From: Mustelus asterias
Lineage: Eukaryota
DNA: 64,000 bases
NCBI RefSeq assembly: GCF_964213995.1
Contig: NC_135801.1
Span: 145,576,001-145,640,000 of the forward strand
Direction: 5' to 3'
Shown one piece after another: positions 11,527 through 25,800 of this stretch. Within the stretch, counting starts at the first letter, position 1. The number at the start of each line of letters is the position of its first letter. The position numbers and the translations under genes are program-made. A model generated the notes under the pieces. That model had not been told where the DNA came from. It saw only the letters and a list, made by a program, of their open reading frames with translations, and did no database searches.

Positions 11527-12080
11527 AGTTCTATAGATATTCTAAGGATAGTTCATGCTATTAATTCCAGTTATAATCTTTGATAACACAAATGCTGGTG
11601 TCACTGTTTCTCATTTTAACCTGTTGATGTTTTCTCTTTGTTTGCCCCCAATCTTAGAGTAGTCCAACAGTACAGAAGAGGCCCTTCAACCCATCAAGTC
11701 TGCACTGACAAAACTACACTAAATCTACACTAATTACATTTTCCAGCACTTGGCCCATAGTCTTGAATGTTATGATATTTCAAGTGCTCACCCACATATT
11801 TGTTAAAGTTTGTGAGGTTTCCCGCCTCTACTACCCTCCCAGGCTGTGCATTCCAGACTCCCACCACCCCCTGGGTGAAAATACATCGCCAAATCCCCTC
11901 TGAACCTCCTGTCCCTCACCTTAAAATAATGTCCCCTCGTTATTGACCTTTTAGCTAAGGGGAGCAGCTGCTTCCTATCCACCCTGCCCTAACCCCTCAT
12001 AATCTTATACACCTCAATCAGGTCTCCCCTCAGCCTGCTCTACTCTAAAAAAAAACAACGCAAGCTTATCCAGTCTCTCT

Positions 12081-12419
12081 TCATAGAAATCATAGAAATC
12101 CTACAGTACAGAAAGAGGCCATTCAGCCCATCGAGTCTGCACCGACCACAATCCCACCCAGGCCCTACCCCCATATATTTTACCCACTAATCCCTCTAAT
12201 CTACGCATCCCAGGACACTAAGGGGCAATTTTTTAGCATGGCCAATCAACCTAACCCGCACATCTTTGGACTGTGGGAGGAAACCGAAGCACCCGGAGGA
12301 AACCCACGCAGACACGGGGAGAATGTGCAAACTCCGCACAGACAGTGACCCAAGCCGGGAATCGAACCCAGGTCCCTGGAGCTGTGAAGCAGCAGTGCTA
12401 ACCACTGTGCTACCGTGCC
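12081..12419 (-). mobile_element. HE1-type V-SINE, tail A
   Basis: Reverse-complement head, core and TCATAGAAATCATAGAAA tail. Confidence 0.9.
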
Positions 12420-12613
12420 TTTATAGCTCAAAAGCTCTATCCAAGGCAACATCCTGGTGAATCTCCTCTTCCTCTCCAGTGCAGTCACATCCTTCCTATA
12501 GTGAGGTGACCAGGACTGCCCAAAGTCCTCCAGCTGTGGTCTAACCAAAGTTTTGTACAGCTCCAACATAACCTCCCTGCACTAATAACCTATGCCACAA
12601 CTAATAAAGACAA

Positions 12614-12924
12614 GGGCGGCATGGTGGCACAGTGGTTAGCCTCACACGCCAGGTTCGATTCCTGGCTTGGGTCAGTGTCTGTGTGGAGTTTGCACATTCT
12701 CCCCGTGTCTGCGTGGGTTTCCTTTGGGTGCTCCGGTTTCCTCCCACAGTCCAAAAGAAATGCAGGTTAGGTTGATTGGCCATGCTAAATTGACCTTAGT
12801 CTCGGGGGGATTAGCAGGGTAAACATGTGAGGTTACGGGGATGAGTTGGGATTGTTGTTGGTGAGGCTCGATGGGCCAAATGACCTCCTTCTGTACTGTA
12901 GGGATTCTGTGAAATAATCTATGA
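12614..12924 (+). mobile_element. HE1-type V-SINE, tail A (older, internal deletion)
   Basis: GGGCGGCATGGTGGCACAG head, core and GGATTCTGTG tail. Confidence 0.85.
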
Positions 12925-15222
12925 AGTGTCCTGTATGCCTTCTTAACTATCCTATTAACCTATCCTGCTACCTTCAGGAATCGATGGGCAAGCATTCTGT
13001 TTCTATGAGCTTCCTTGTATCCTGCCATTCATTAAGTACTCTGCTGTCTTGTTATTCCTTCCAAAGTGAATCACCTCACACTTTTCATGGTTAAATTCTA
13101 TCTGCCAATGCTCTACCTATCTGATCAACCCGTCTATATCTTCCTGCAACCTAAGACCTTTTTGCTCATCATTAACCATGCTGCCAATCTTCATGTTATC
13201 TGCAAACTTACCTACCAACCCTCCCCCCCGCCCCTCCCACATACACACATGTTCTCATCTATATTGTTTATGTATATTATATATATGTGTGTGTGTGCTT
13301 GTGGGTGTGTGTGTATCATGAACAATAAGGGATCTAGCACTGATCCCTATGGTACACCACTGGACACCGGCCTCTAGTCACACAAACAGTCTTCGACCAC
13401 CATCCTCTGTTTGCTATCATTCAGCCAGTTTTGGATCTAATTTGCTGAGTTACCTTGGATCCCACTGCTTCAACCTTCTCAATCAATCTCCCATGTGGGG
13501 CTTTGTCAAAGACTTTGCTGAAATTCATACAAACCACATTAACTGCACTGCCCTCATCTGCATACCTGATCACCTCTTCAGTCAAATTTGTTAGGCATGA
13601 CCTCCCTCTGACAAAGCCAGGCTGACTATCCCTGATCAAACTTTGCATCTCCAAATAAAGATTAATTCTGTCTTTTGGAATTTTTTACAATAGTTTCCCT
13701 ACCCCTGATGTGAGACTCACTGGTCTGTAACTCCCTGGTTTATCTCTACTACCGTTCTTGAAAAGTGGAACCACTTTAGCTCTCCCCCAATGCTCTGGCA
13801 TCTCCCCTGCCGCCAGAGAGGAATTTAAAAAATGGGTCAGAGCTCTTGTTCCTTGGGTTTGGTTCTGTACTTACTTCAACCATATTAATTGGTTACATTC
13901 TCCAAAAAACTGTTCAAAACCTTGCTTTCAAATGTATCACTCATCCCATATCGACCAGAAGTCCAGAAACAAAGCTGCTGTGGTAACTTTTTATTCGCCT
14001 GACTGTTTACCACGAGAAGTGACATTTGTATCATAGTGAACACCATTTTAAAAAATCATGTTAAAGCTAAAAATAATCACAGGCGTGGGCATTAAAAAGC
14101 ATTTTATCCGCTAATCGCTCAAATATTTCTCCACATGTTCCAATGCGGGCAGAGCTCAGATCGACCCGCTCTCAGAGCCTGCACAGAACGATCCCCCAAC
14201 TCCAATTCCTGGGCGCTGCTCGTCACGCGAGCCTCTTTTCTAGACCCCATCGTGGACCATCCATGACATTCTCCCCGCCCTCTTGCTGTATCCAAATACC
14301 CTGAGCATCTAATAAGGCCCTGGCACCCTTCCCTCCCCTGGACTCACTGACCTCCAAGTTCCACCACCCGGGAAATTCTACTTTGTTACCTGGTCGCAAG
14401 TTAAGCTACTGCCCAATCCACAATCCAGAGAATACATATAACCGTCCCCAACCACCCCCCCCCCCCCGCCCCCACCATCCCCCACCATTCTCTTAGAATG
14501 CGGTACAATTCTGAATATTGGACTCATGAACTATTAAGTGTTTATTTAACCAAGGTAGGACAGGCAAATCATTCACCTGCTAGAAATTTGTACAATCATT
14601 TGCAATGCTGGATTCAGAATAATGTGTTGAATGTTTATGCAGTCATACCCATGGCGTCCCCCCTACCACCTCCCCCCCCCCCCCCCTCCCTTTAGTCATG
14701 TAACCCTTGTCTTAAACGCAGGTCCCAGACTTTTCCACACCTTCTCAAACCATGGCTACATCAACCACACTACGGCACAGGAAACCGAGATGGTTTACAC
14801 TCGGAGAGAGAGGGGGAAGTGAGAATGTTATCAAAGGTTTGAAGTCCTAATCTATCTTCCGGTGATAAGGGATTTTGTGAGTGCCGGATATTAAGAAAGA
14901 GAAATAATTCGTATAGAGAACCCACACAGAGCGTTACACTGGGAATATAAGAATGTAAAAGAGGCAGTGTGGGAACAACGGTGGAAAACAGTGGACGCGG
15001 GGGTACACGAAGGGAAAGTGATAGAAAGACGTAAAGGGAAGGAGTAGAAGATACATTAACGTACAAAGCCTGGGGGGTGGGGGGTGAGGAAGGAGGGGGG
15101 GGGTCAGAAACGATTCAGAAAGCGAGAACTGTTTTTCATGAAAAATAAATCCACTGTACATTCCTTCCGTTCTAGTTGAAAATTTGTTTTGTGAACTTTT
15201 CTGTTGCTTTATCGTTAAACAG

Positions 15223-15508
15223 ATATTGGAAAACCAAACAACTGGCGCCAAAGCGGCTAAGTACGGGCATCCTGATGTACACGCTGGCTTCTGCCATTTG
15301 CGAGGAGATTCACCTGTACGGATTTTGGCCTTTCGCCTGGGATCCCAACACAGGAAAGGAACTGCCATATCACTACTATGACAAAAAGGGGACCAAATTC
15401 ACTACCAAATGGCAGGAGTCCCACCAGCTTCCCGCAGAATTCAAGCTGCTGTTCAAACTACACAACGACGGCTTGACCAAGCTGACTCTTTCACATTGTG
15501 CCTCTTAA
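15223..15508 (+). CDS. ST8SIA3: ST8SIA3 exon 4 (sialylmotifs S, III, VS; stop), 286 nt
   Basis: Acceptor TTAAACAG|A; STGILMYTLASAICEEIHLYGFW (S), HYYD (III), HQLPAE (VS), ends LSHCAS*. Spliced CDS is 1146 nt = 381 aa with consistent phases. Confidence 0.97.
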
Positions 15509-16108
15509 TGGGATGCTTTTTTCGAAGTGCCAAGTCCTTCCTTTGTTTCCATTTTTGTTCGGTTTATGTTTCAAAGTGCATTTTGTGCCCAACGCTTCGT
15601 GGAACACAACTCCCAAGCAATTCCAAATCCTGTGCCACTGAGCTGTTCATGAGTTTTCGTGTAATGTGGTAGTAAACATTTATTTTATATTGGGAAGTAG
15701 CCGGAAACGAAAGCTTGGACCTTGACGCTTGGGCCATTCCTCTTTTTAAAAAAGTAGCCGAATCAACGTATTGGACCCACATGAACCTGTTTGTAGATAT
15801 CAACTTACAACCAGAAATTGGTGTATTGGGTGAGAGAAAATGGCCAGGCTCTGTCAATTTATTGGCGGCAAAGTCGGCCTTGGGTTATTTTCAAAATCGG
15901 GATGTGGCACCTAGTCAAATTATGGATACGTAATCAATGTTGGCCTTGCTAGCGACACCCATGTCCCGCCAATAAATTATTCAAATGAAATAACCCTCCT
16001 CTCGAAACCCGCTCAGGTTGTTTTAGAGAATGCAGTGGGAAAAAATAATAAAACGGGCCGAAAATATATCGCAGTGATATTTGCCCAGACACTTTTATTA
16101 TCTGATCT

Positions 16109-16237
16109 TTGGCCATGCTAAATTCTCCCTCGGTGTACCCGAACAGGCGCCGGAGTGTGGCGACTAGGGGATTTTCACAGTAACTTCATTGCAGTGTTAA
16201 TGTAAGCCTACTTGTGACTAATAAATAAACTTTTTTT
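16109..16237 (+). mobile_element. Tail-only fragment of tail-B SINE, 600 nt after the ST8SIA3 stop
   Basis: TTGGCCATGCTAAATTCTCCC...CTTGTGACTAATAAATAAAC. Confidence 0.85.
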
Positions 16238-19200
16238 GCCTGTGTCAATGGTGCCAAGATAATAAAGCCACACCGTCTGCATTTCCAATGCGCTCCTTAC
16301 TTCAGATCCTGCTATCTTATTTCGTTTTAAGTTTGAGGTCAATTTCTTTAAAAAAATTGTTTAGCCCGAAGCAGCTAGCGAGCTCCACATATCCGGGCTG
16401 TTCTAAAAGAGCCAATGGCCCGTAAAATAATTAATATCCCCAATAACAACGGTCCACGCAGAAAAAGAGTCTCAGCAAAACTCTTCTTATGGAGTTCAGT
16501 GGGACCCTGGAATGAAACGGTCCAGTATAGGAGAATGCAAGAGGGTTGCAAATTAATTGTTTATTTAAACATGTCCATAAATGGAAAGCATTTGGTAACT
16601 CTCCAGTCCTGTTTATATAGAATATCTTATATGGTTGTCAAAGTGGACACGCAAGTCTTTTGTATGTATGTGGCACTCATTTTCTATCATCCAATGAACG
16701 GTAAATGTACTACTTTTGTACCGGTACTTAAAAAAAACAGACGTTTAATTTCCTTCACAGCTTTAAAAGAGACAAATGAATATTGGAGTTATACTGAATA
16801 CGTTTTTATTTGCTGGTTTAGCAACTACAAAGTTGTTATTCATATATGTATATCCTGCCGCCGTGTTAAAGCAGGGCTTTCAAGGAGGTAATCGTGAATC
16901 TATGTTGTATTGCGAAATTGAAGAATTTTATTGATTCTTGTCTGTAAATATTTTTCTCATGCCTGCTATTGTTCATCCATATTAAATTACTTATTAAATT
17001 CTGTGAGAATTCTGTTTCCATGGCGTGACCAGTTGTTGATGACAGCATATGACAGACATTTTAGTCAATGCTGAGCGCACCTTTTGGGTGGTAACACCGC
17101 AGAGAGTTGCACAAAAACGTGACAGAAAGTGTTTTTTAAAACTCCTTTTGCATTTACAGTATTACGAACAATTCTGCTTTGCTTTAAGTGTATAATTATC
17201 ATGGCTTGAGTCCTTTGCACTATTATGAAAATGTACAGGTTAACATATCTGAACAACTGACAAAATAAAGGCAATGACCAAAATGAAGTTTCCACCAATG
17301 TTCAGACACCAGAGAGCGAGAGAGAGAGTGCCCCAAAATAAATGTCGAGCTTTGGGATTTAAAAACAAGAAGCAGCGCTCCTCGTGTTCTCAACGAGTTA
17401 GAAGAACCCGAGTCTGATTGACGTCGGTACATAATTAAAAACTACTGTTTTAATGTTGCCTTAAGCGGGACGGTATAATAACATCTCAACATCGACTTGA
17501 AGGGGGGGAGAGCCGGGTTATGTGTTGAATATTAATGTTTTTCAAAGTTATGTTTAATTGCAGACTTTCCGACTTCATGTTTTCGTCTGAATCGGGGAAC
17601 TTCGAGCTCTGGGGGTTGGATATGGTAGATGGGTAGAACTATCAAGCAAACTTGGTTAGCTGCAAGCCAACTTTAACCCATAAATTAGTCTTACGAAGTA
17701 CGCCGTCTCTCCCGAGATACAGTGTGCCCACGTACAAGGGATCATCCGATTTTGTGACTCTGTCGGTCGCGCAATTCCACTTTCCATATACGCACCCTAA
17801 TTGTATTTGAGCGTCAATCTGAAGTTGCTTAATATTGTCCTGTAAGTAAAGCTCCTCAAAATGTTTTCTTTATTTCTCGCTGCACTCCACTTGCTACTAT
17901 CCTTGCTGAGAGAGGGGAGAGGAGAATGCTGACTGTTGCTTTCTCTCAGTTCAATCCTTGGTTTACTGAGTCAACCACGGCCATCTGATCAATATTTCAA
18001 AAATCCATATCATTAAGCAAGGTTCGCGCCTCCCATCAGTGTACCGGCCTTGCACAATGAGACACACGTAGAGGTGAAAATCGCCTAAAACCCGGAGGTG
18101 GAAGTACTTTGTTTTTTTCTCTCTCTTCCCTGTTCCGCCTCACCAAAAATATTTTACCAATGCTTAAAATAATTCCTTATCTCGGAAAGGAAGAGACAAG
18201 TCCCATCGCACAATCTACAAGAATTACAACATGAGTGGTACCAAATGACAGAAACAATGATTTGACTTCTATTTCTCAAAAACAGACCAGTTCACACGCG
18301 CTTTATGAACGTTATTAGTGTCGGGAAGTCTTTAATTCAAGGATAAATTTGCAAATGTTATTTATTTGTAAATTCGACCGGCCCCAAGTCTCTCTTCGAT
18401 ATCATTATTTAAATTATTCTTATTAGAAAGTCCCGTGATTAGTCGCTACTAAAACTAACACACCATGTGATCAGCAAATGTCCATCTGTATCTTATAAAG
18501 ATGTAGATAGGTGTGTTTTACTTAATTATACCTGATATATTTTAATAATAAGTATAACATACAGCAAGGGTATGGACTCCTTAGTATTCCCGCACTAAAG
18601 ACTGTAAGGCTAACATAATGTTTTCTCCTTTATAATGCTAACCGGATCAACATACTTCACATGTATTTTCAGGTCGGGTTAAGATTGCAGCTGACAGATA
18701 CTTTCTACTCGCTCTGTCTAAAGCGCCGCACCTGCTAAACACATACGCCGGATTAGTAGGAATAGAATTACTCAGCAGAATTTGGTTTAAGTTCCAACCA
18801 CTTTCACTGTCATGCATTAACAATGGTGAACATAGGAGCCAGCACTGCGAGAGGTTAAAGCTGCAATATGGGGACAAACATCAGGGAAGTTCATGCTGTT
18901 TGTGAACAGTTAATCAGCATTGCTGTCGACAACAATCTGGACGAGGGAGAACTACAGCACTTGGACAAGGAGAGAAGCTACATTGGTCGAATAAACTGGA
19001 GGAAGTTGATAGCATATAATAGCTTATAAGGTATAACATTGAGAAACCAGTGAGCAACTTATTCAGCATTCCTCGGCAAGTATGGGACACACACACACAC
19101 GCGTGTGTTTATTCAACGTGAATGCTATTAAATCTTCAGCGTTCTTGCGGGAAAAGTTTCTCAACAGCTACACAAATCCTAAATTACAACACTCGATATC

Positions 19201-22200
19201 GCTTCTCGCATTTCCCTAAGTATAAAATGTACATGAATCTTGTAACTACCAAGTCGTTTTTAAAAAATACATTTTCTGTGGATGCGTTGCCATTTAAATC
19301 ACAAATTAAATGCCGCCCTTTGATTTACGGGAAATCTGTTAACGGGGGGAAACTTCTATATACTTATGTAGCACTTTCGTTCATTAATAAATGATGGGGA
19401 GGGGGACGAGGGGGTGATCTCTATCAGTTATGCTGCATTTGGGTCAGCGAGTCTGTATTCCAGTTGGTGGACAGGTGGGCTGACCATGTGTAGAGCTGTA
19501 CTCACCTTTGAGAAATTTTGTCTGCGCTTCATTTCTCGATTTAAAAAAAAACTGTTTACCACACAATATACACAAAATAATCTGAACTATTCTTCGCCTA
19601 AAAAACTACAATCAGACCAGTGATGGGCAAAATATATTTCACGTCGAACAAACTCTTGTTACTTATTCGGAGGTTTTACCGGTTGAAGATTGTAAAACCA
19701 AAGGATTACCTGCGCAGTAATAAAAGATACCGAAATCTTCAGGTAAACCTGGATGTGTGCCTTTCACATATTCGCAAGATACAAGTAAAATTCCACAAAA
19801 AGTCTTTCTTTTTGGAAATAACATAGGACTAAAATAATAGATGTCAGATTTGAATGAGCGTTTCTAACAATAGGACGGCATAGTTTGGACATTTCTAATT
19901 ATTGCAATGCAACTCGAGGACTCCCTTTCCATAACCCCAGTTGCTTTTTATAGCGACCCGACCATCAATAAGTTACACTAAAATAAATAGGGCGTAATTT
20001 TCGTTATAGAAATTTAGGTTGAAAAAAACAGCATCCCTTCAATTAACTAAATTATGCACATTAAGGTGGATAAATATTATAAAATACACGCACAGCTAAT
20101 ATGCTAGTATAAAAATCATGGAAATGTGTAGGCCCTTTCAATAATTTAAATCCATCAACCATTCATCCAGAAACAAGTTATTCTGGTTACTTTTGAGCAT
20201 GCTATTTCAGAACGAATCTCTTGGACAATTTGTTCTGCAGAGATCCGGATTATGTTCTGTGGTGTGGTTTGAATGGTGTAGCACGGCTCCTGTAAAACAA
20301 GCAGCCTGAACACTGCCAAACGTTGGTAAATGTTCCCATATGAAAATGAATTCAGGACCGATCAGTTTCTTAACATTTCACAAACGGTCGTTACTTATCC
20401 CACCAGCCGTGTTGCAAAACTGCAGCGCAATTAATAAACGATTAAACCGAACCTCAAAATGGATCAGACAAAAGTGGGAGAGAGGAAAATTCACTGCACA
20501 CAGTGCGAGTAAACTTTAACTTTTCCCAAAATGCATAGATCTAGATGAGAATAATTAAAGACCCCAGTGACGCAAAGTGCAGCGCGACAGTAGAACCGAA
20601 CTAACTTCCAAAACCTCCCCATTGGTATCTTGCAAACGAAGTTGGTCTAATTGGGGTTAGTCGATGTTCACTATCTTAGTCTGCATTTATTTAAAGGGAG
20701 CGTTTTAAATAAATTGCAAAATGCTGTTATAATGCAACCATCAATCTCAACAGAAGGTCGTCACATATCCGTTGTAAATTAAGTTATTATTTTCGCGAGG
20801 CTTCAGACCATTCTCATTACTTGATTGAAAATGTATTTAAATGATATTTACCCCATGCCATTAAGCCGGATGAATCCGAGATTTTTTTTTAAAGTCCAAT
20901 AAAAAGAATGGAAGTAAGTAGACCTCTCTCGGTGCCTGGCAGTAAAAGAACTGCAACTCCTCCATATTTTGCGGATTGCATCTGTCTTACACACTGATCG
21001 ATAACATGAAATCAAAACTTATGATTAAAACAAGTATTGCTTCAGGCGTTAGAAAATGAAACGAAATTCTTAAGGGTTTTGATTCTACATAAAAAGCACA
21101 AGTGTTAAAATAAAAAATGAATGAATGAGGTCAAAGTTCCTGCAGCTTTCAAAGTTTAATTCTTAATCTTCTCTTAGTGTCCTTTGCCAGGCAAGGACGC
21201 GTTTTCCCTGTTTAAAATTATACGGGAAGTGTATTCTTTAAAGAAAATAAAAGTTTTGTAAATTCTTGTCACGGGGAGTGGTGGGGGTGGTGGTGTGGGG
21301 GGAGGGGGGTGGGGGGCTGCGGTGTCTACAAGTTGTCTTTAAACAATTCCTTAATGTCTTTCACTCCAGTGTTAATGATTAGATAATCGCAGTACCGTGT
21401 AGAAGAGAGCTAAGCATTTAAACGACAGAGTTCCAGTTCCTCTAGGTCATTCCTCCCATCCACTAGTACCTATTTATAATAGCAATTCGTTATCCGTCGA
21501 TTTAAAATGCGAGAAAGCCACAATGTGTGGCGATTAATCATCTTTGCAAGTGAACGGTTCTCGGAAGATCGGATGTCTGTCCGCACCAACTTTAGAAAGT
21601 CTCCAAGTTTTTAACTTGTCCACCAAATCATTGCGTTCTTACCAACATCTGTTGTGTTAGCACTGGGGGGCGAGATGGCGCGTGTCCTGTCGCACGGGAC
21701 CACTGCACAGTTCTTTGTACAGAAATCCAATTTGCCTTTTTCCACCTCCCTTTTAGTTGATAATACAATGAAACATTACAATCCAACACAGTTTCTGGAT
21801 CTGTCGTAGTTTCATGCTTGTGTTTGGCTGCAGGAAGGCACTGCGTTTCTTGACGAGAACGAATATTATTAAAAGCGCCGCCGTTAATAACATGGCAATA
21901 TTCCCAACTATTGAGTCAAGGCTGATAATATTAGATTATATATTTGTCAGATGATATTGGTGCCTGTGTAGTGTTGCACAGTGTTAATGCAAACAAAACA
22001 AAATCCTCAGGTATATCAAGTACTTGAAATAATTAGCATTAGTTCAGTTCTGCAATGCGTATTTACTCCATCTATATCTTTACAAACATAAAGTTCCTTA
22101 TCATACGGTTGTGTACAATCCCGACCGGCTTCCACGATTAAGCTTGAGATTTCAAACTATTTGGAAGTCCTTTATTTTAACACCAATATTATTACTTAGT

Positions 22201-25200
22201 TGGTGTGTGTGTGTGTGTGTGGGTGGGGGGGGGGGGGGGGGGGGTTGACTACTTCCTGACAACACAATCTCAATGTGTTAATTAGAATGAGAATGAAGGG
22301 CCAAATCTAAAATACAGCGAATGCTAATCTTGCAGGTTAATTGTTAAAAAAAAGGATGTAATACACTAACTGCGAATTATATTTTGTTTCAATTCATTAA
22401 TAATCACCTGACTTACAACATGATACCTCAGGTATATGGCATGCAACTTTCCCGGAGCTTGTCATTAGCTGAGAAATAGTTTACATCTTGCTTGTCGGCC
22501 TTTATAAAACTTTACACAAACTTTGTGACCTTGGCTGGAACGTCTTCCTACTCTCTATTTCTAAAATGATTACTCACTGCGACTATATAAAATGCAATAA
22601 AACATGGCGCGGGGGAAACTGCAAAGGGTAGGTCAGTTCAAAAAGAAATAAAAAATGAATGGGACCCAATAGACTGTTCGATTTCCTCGTTGTCAATATA
22701 ACAATAAAGGTTAGTTAAAAACAAAGCACGAAATGCCAGCTTCTGAACTCTCAACTGTCTGAATCTCACCAGAAGCACAAACTCTGGTCGGAATTGAACT
22801 TAAATAGCACACATGGAAGAACGTTCTCTCAACACTGCCAGCTCCAGATGTAAAACAGCTTTGCATTCGGGCGGCCTTTTAAAATCAACTGCGACTTCGG
22901 CTTCCTTTTGTCAGGGACAATAAAAAAAGATTTCACGCGTAGCTGCCTTTTGACAAAGGTACCTCACGCCAAAGGTTGTCTCCATTGCTTGACTTCTTAA
23001 CAATGGGTTGTTAGGAAAGCTTCTTCGGCTTCAGTGCTGGTGAGGTTTTAGAAGTTCTGGCCCTGTACTCGTCCAGCACCCGGTTATCAGCCTTTGCAAC
23101 AAATAAACAGGGCAGCGAGCGGAGCAACCTCCGTTTATTTAACCGGTTTTAAAGTACATTGGGAAGAGAGAGAAAATCCCCCAAAATGTTCAAAAACTTT
23201 GCACATTCCGAGGATGGAATTGTGTTTCCTTTGACCAGGGTAAATCTTACACAAGGCATGTGTAAATCCTCAGTGCCAAATAATGAAATAGTTTACGGCC
23301 CTGTTTGCTTTATATTTGCCCTAACAATCTTGGAGCGGCGTCTCAACTGTTCAAGTGGAAACATGCTTAATCGGTTCAGTTAAAAATAATTGAACACCCT
23401 TTTAATTCAGAAAAAGGTTTAGACATGCTACAGAATTCTGCTTGGCAATTGGCAGAAGATACTTTTTCCAAGAGTTGAATTGATTCGAAACATTATTTTT
23501 TTCTCTCTCTCTTTCTCTTATCGTGTCCGTGCTAACTGATTAAAATGAAAGACGGAATGAAGAGCTGGGAATTCCTGACACTGAAAAACTGCCCCCCGCA
23601 CTTTTAATGTTTGCGGAATAAAACACACATCTGATACCAACTTCACAACGGGACAACGCAGACAGCTTTCAAAGCACAAATAAGATAGTAGGCGCATGTA
23701 CAAATAAATGAAATATGTGTTTTTATTGAAGAATACACGCGAAGTTGGGTTAAGTTTGGACAGATTGGGGTGGGGGGGAATCATTTATTTAATTGCACGC
23801 ACCAGCAAGGACATTTTAAAATTCATTATTAAACATTTCACCTGATCCAGTCCCCCCTATACCCCCCCAATCCCCAACCCCCCTTCGACTCCTTTCGCTT
23901 TCCTACTCAAATGTTTTCACTTCAGAAAGACTGTTTATGGGGAGGGGGTGGCGGCCGGCGGGCGGGGGGGGGGGGGGGGGGGGGCGGTGGATCTGCGTTC
24001 TCTGCTGCGCTTATATTAAATGATCTACACCTCGCAGTTCAATTGTAATGCTCATTAGTTAATAGAAACACAAGGTTTTACTTCTCTGGAGGTAGCCAAT
24101 GAGGACAGCGATGTTACAATTTAACGTCAAATTGCAAAGGAACACGGTGCACTTACCACAGGCCCCGTTGGTATAGTTAGAACAGTCATATATATATATA
24201 TATATGTTTTGAGTTCTTCCTGGTGCTGATAAGCGCACAGATGCATGCATGGGCTGACTATTTGCAAGTAACGCTGGCATGGGGTCTGCGGCAAACTGAG
24301 CCCAATCAATACCCATTGCACTCACATGCCAGATGGTTTCTGAGAGAACCAAATAAAACATTTCAGATCGACCGACAAGCACTCATTTTTTTTAAAACTG
24401 TAGGACATTCTGCACTAACACAATTGGCAATCGCTGTGAATATGTTCAAATGAAACAAATCTGTTAATGTGCATTTGTAAATTGCATTTAGAGCTTTGCT
24501 TCGTGGTTATTAAAGACCTTTTTTAAAAAAACTATTTAGTCAAGTTCTTTTTAAATGTGCTGCAGACGGGGTTGGATTCCCAGACGAGTATCTCCTCAAA
24601 TTAAATGAAGGCAGGCCTCAAGTGAAGTAGAGGATATTAAACGGGCTAATAGCCATTTTTATCAAGATGAATATTCGTCTTATTTTTATCGTGCTGTCAA
24701 AAAAGGGTGAAAATTCAAGGCTGGTCTATTCCTGATTTACCTTCAACTATGCTATGCAATTTTGAACTCATGCTCGATTTGCCAAGGTGTATTTCTTCAA
24801 CCAACGCCCCTGCGATGTTTCAGCAGTGAGCTGGGAGCGACCCACCTGAGCTATTAACCTATCTTCGCCCTTCCGGATGTTGGCTGGCCCGCTGTAAAGG
24901 TGCAGCATCTCCTGCTTTTAATTCGGATTTCCGCCTGTTTTGTTGGCTCTCTTTTCAAAAATGTTTTTGCCACACTTGGCCAACTTTCAATTGAGCAAAA
25001 TTTTGTACTCGAGATCATTAGAACAGTTCAGAGAAGCACTGGAATCAACTCGGGGAATGTTTGTGCTTAATCGGTAAACCTATAGCACAACGTGCAGGAA
25101 ACCCTTCGTTGTAGGGATTGATTATTCCAACAAATCGAACTTCATTGACCATATGCTAATTTTTCACTTCATATCGAAGTAGGTTTTAACTTGGAAGGCG

Positions 25201-25309
25201 ACAAACTGGGAGATATGAAGTTTAGTCACCACAATAAATGCAATGAGATGAGATCTTATATCTGGAAAACTGCATGGAAGCACTCTCCTTCGACTGCACA
25301 TAAAATGCT

Positions 25310-25800
25310 GAACATAAAGGGGAGGAGAACAGAATGGTGAGGTAGATCGTTTGGAGAGAGGGAGAAAATGGAAAAACATAGGAATGGATAAGGAGAAATG
25401 AAGGGTAGAACAGGGAGGGGATAGTGTAAAGAAAGCGTGAAAGAGAGTGTGGAGAGGAAACTATGCAGAAAGGAGGTGAGAATTTAGAGAAACGGGGGTG
25501 GAATATAAAGAAGGGTACAATGTGGAGAATGACAGAAAGAAGGAGGGAAATCTGAGGACAGTAATGTGAAAAAGGGACGAGAGTGTACAGAGAGATTGTA
25601 GTTAGGAAAGGGAAATTATGAAGAGAGTAAGGGGCGAATATAGAGGGGAGAGAGAAGCGAATATGGGGAGAATACATAGTAGGGTGTGGAGAGAATATAT
25701 ATAGTGTAGAGAAAGGGAGATGAAATAAAAGAACAGGGTGCGAAGAGAAATAACAGTTTGTGAAGAAAGGTAGGAAAGAGAAAGAGTATAGAGGAGATGT
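25310..25800 (+). repeat. Purine-rich (GA) low-complexity tract
   Basis: About 500 nt dominated by A/G on the + strand. Confidence 0.7.

Larger units (their letters stand above)
11655..13850 (-). mobile_element. Degenerate CR1 LINE in intron 3, with two nested SINEs
   Basis: Minus-strand peptides LELYKTLVRPQLE, RRFTRMLP, GFVRGRSCLTNL, FSKVFDK. Confidence 0.88.

Noticed and set aside
22201-23990. Long G runs (potential G-quadruplexes)
   Set aside because: Poly-G/poly-C runs occur throughout the window with no positional specificity; homopolymer lengths are also unreliable.
25222-25677. 151-aa hydrophobic minus-strand ORF
   Set aside because: By-product of the purine-rich low-complexity tract.
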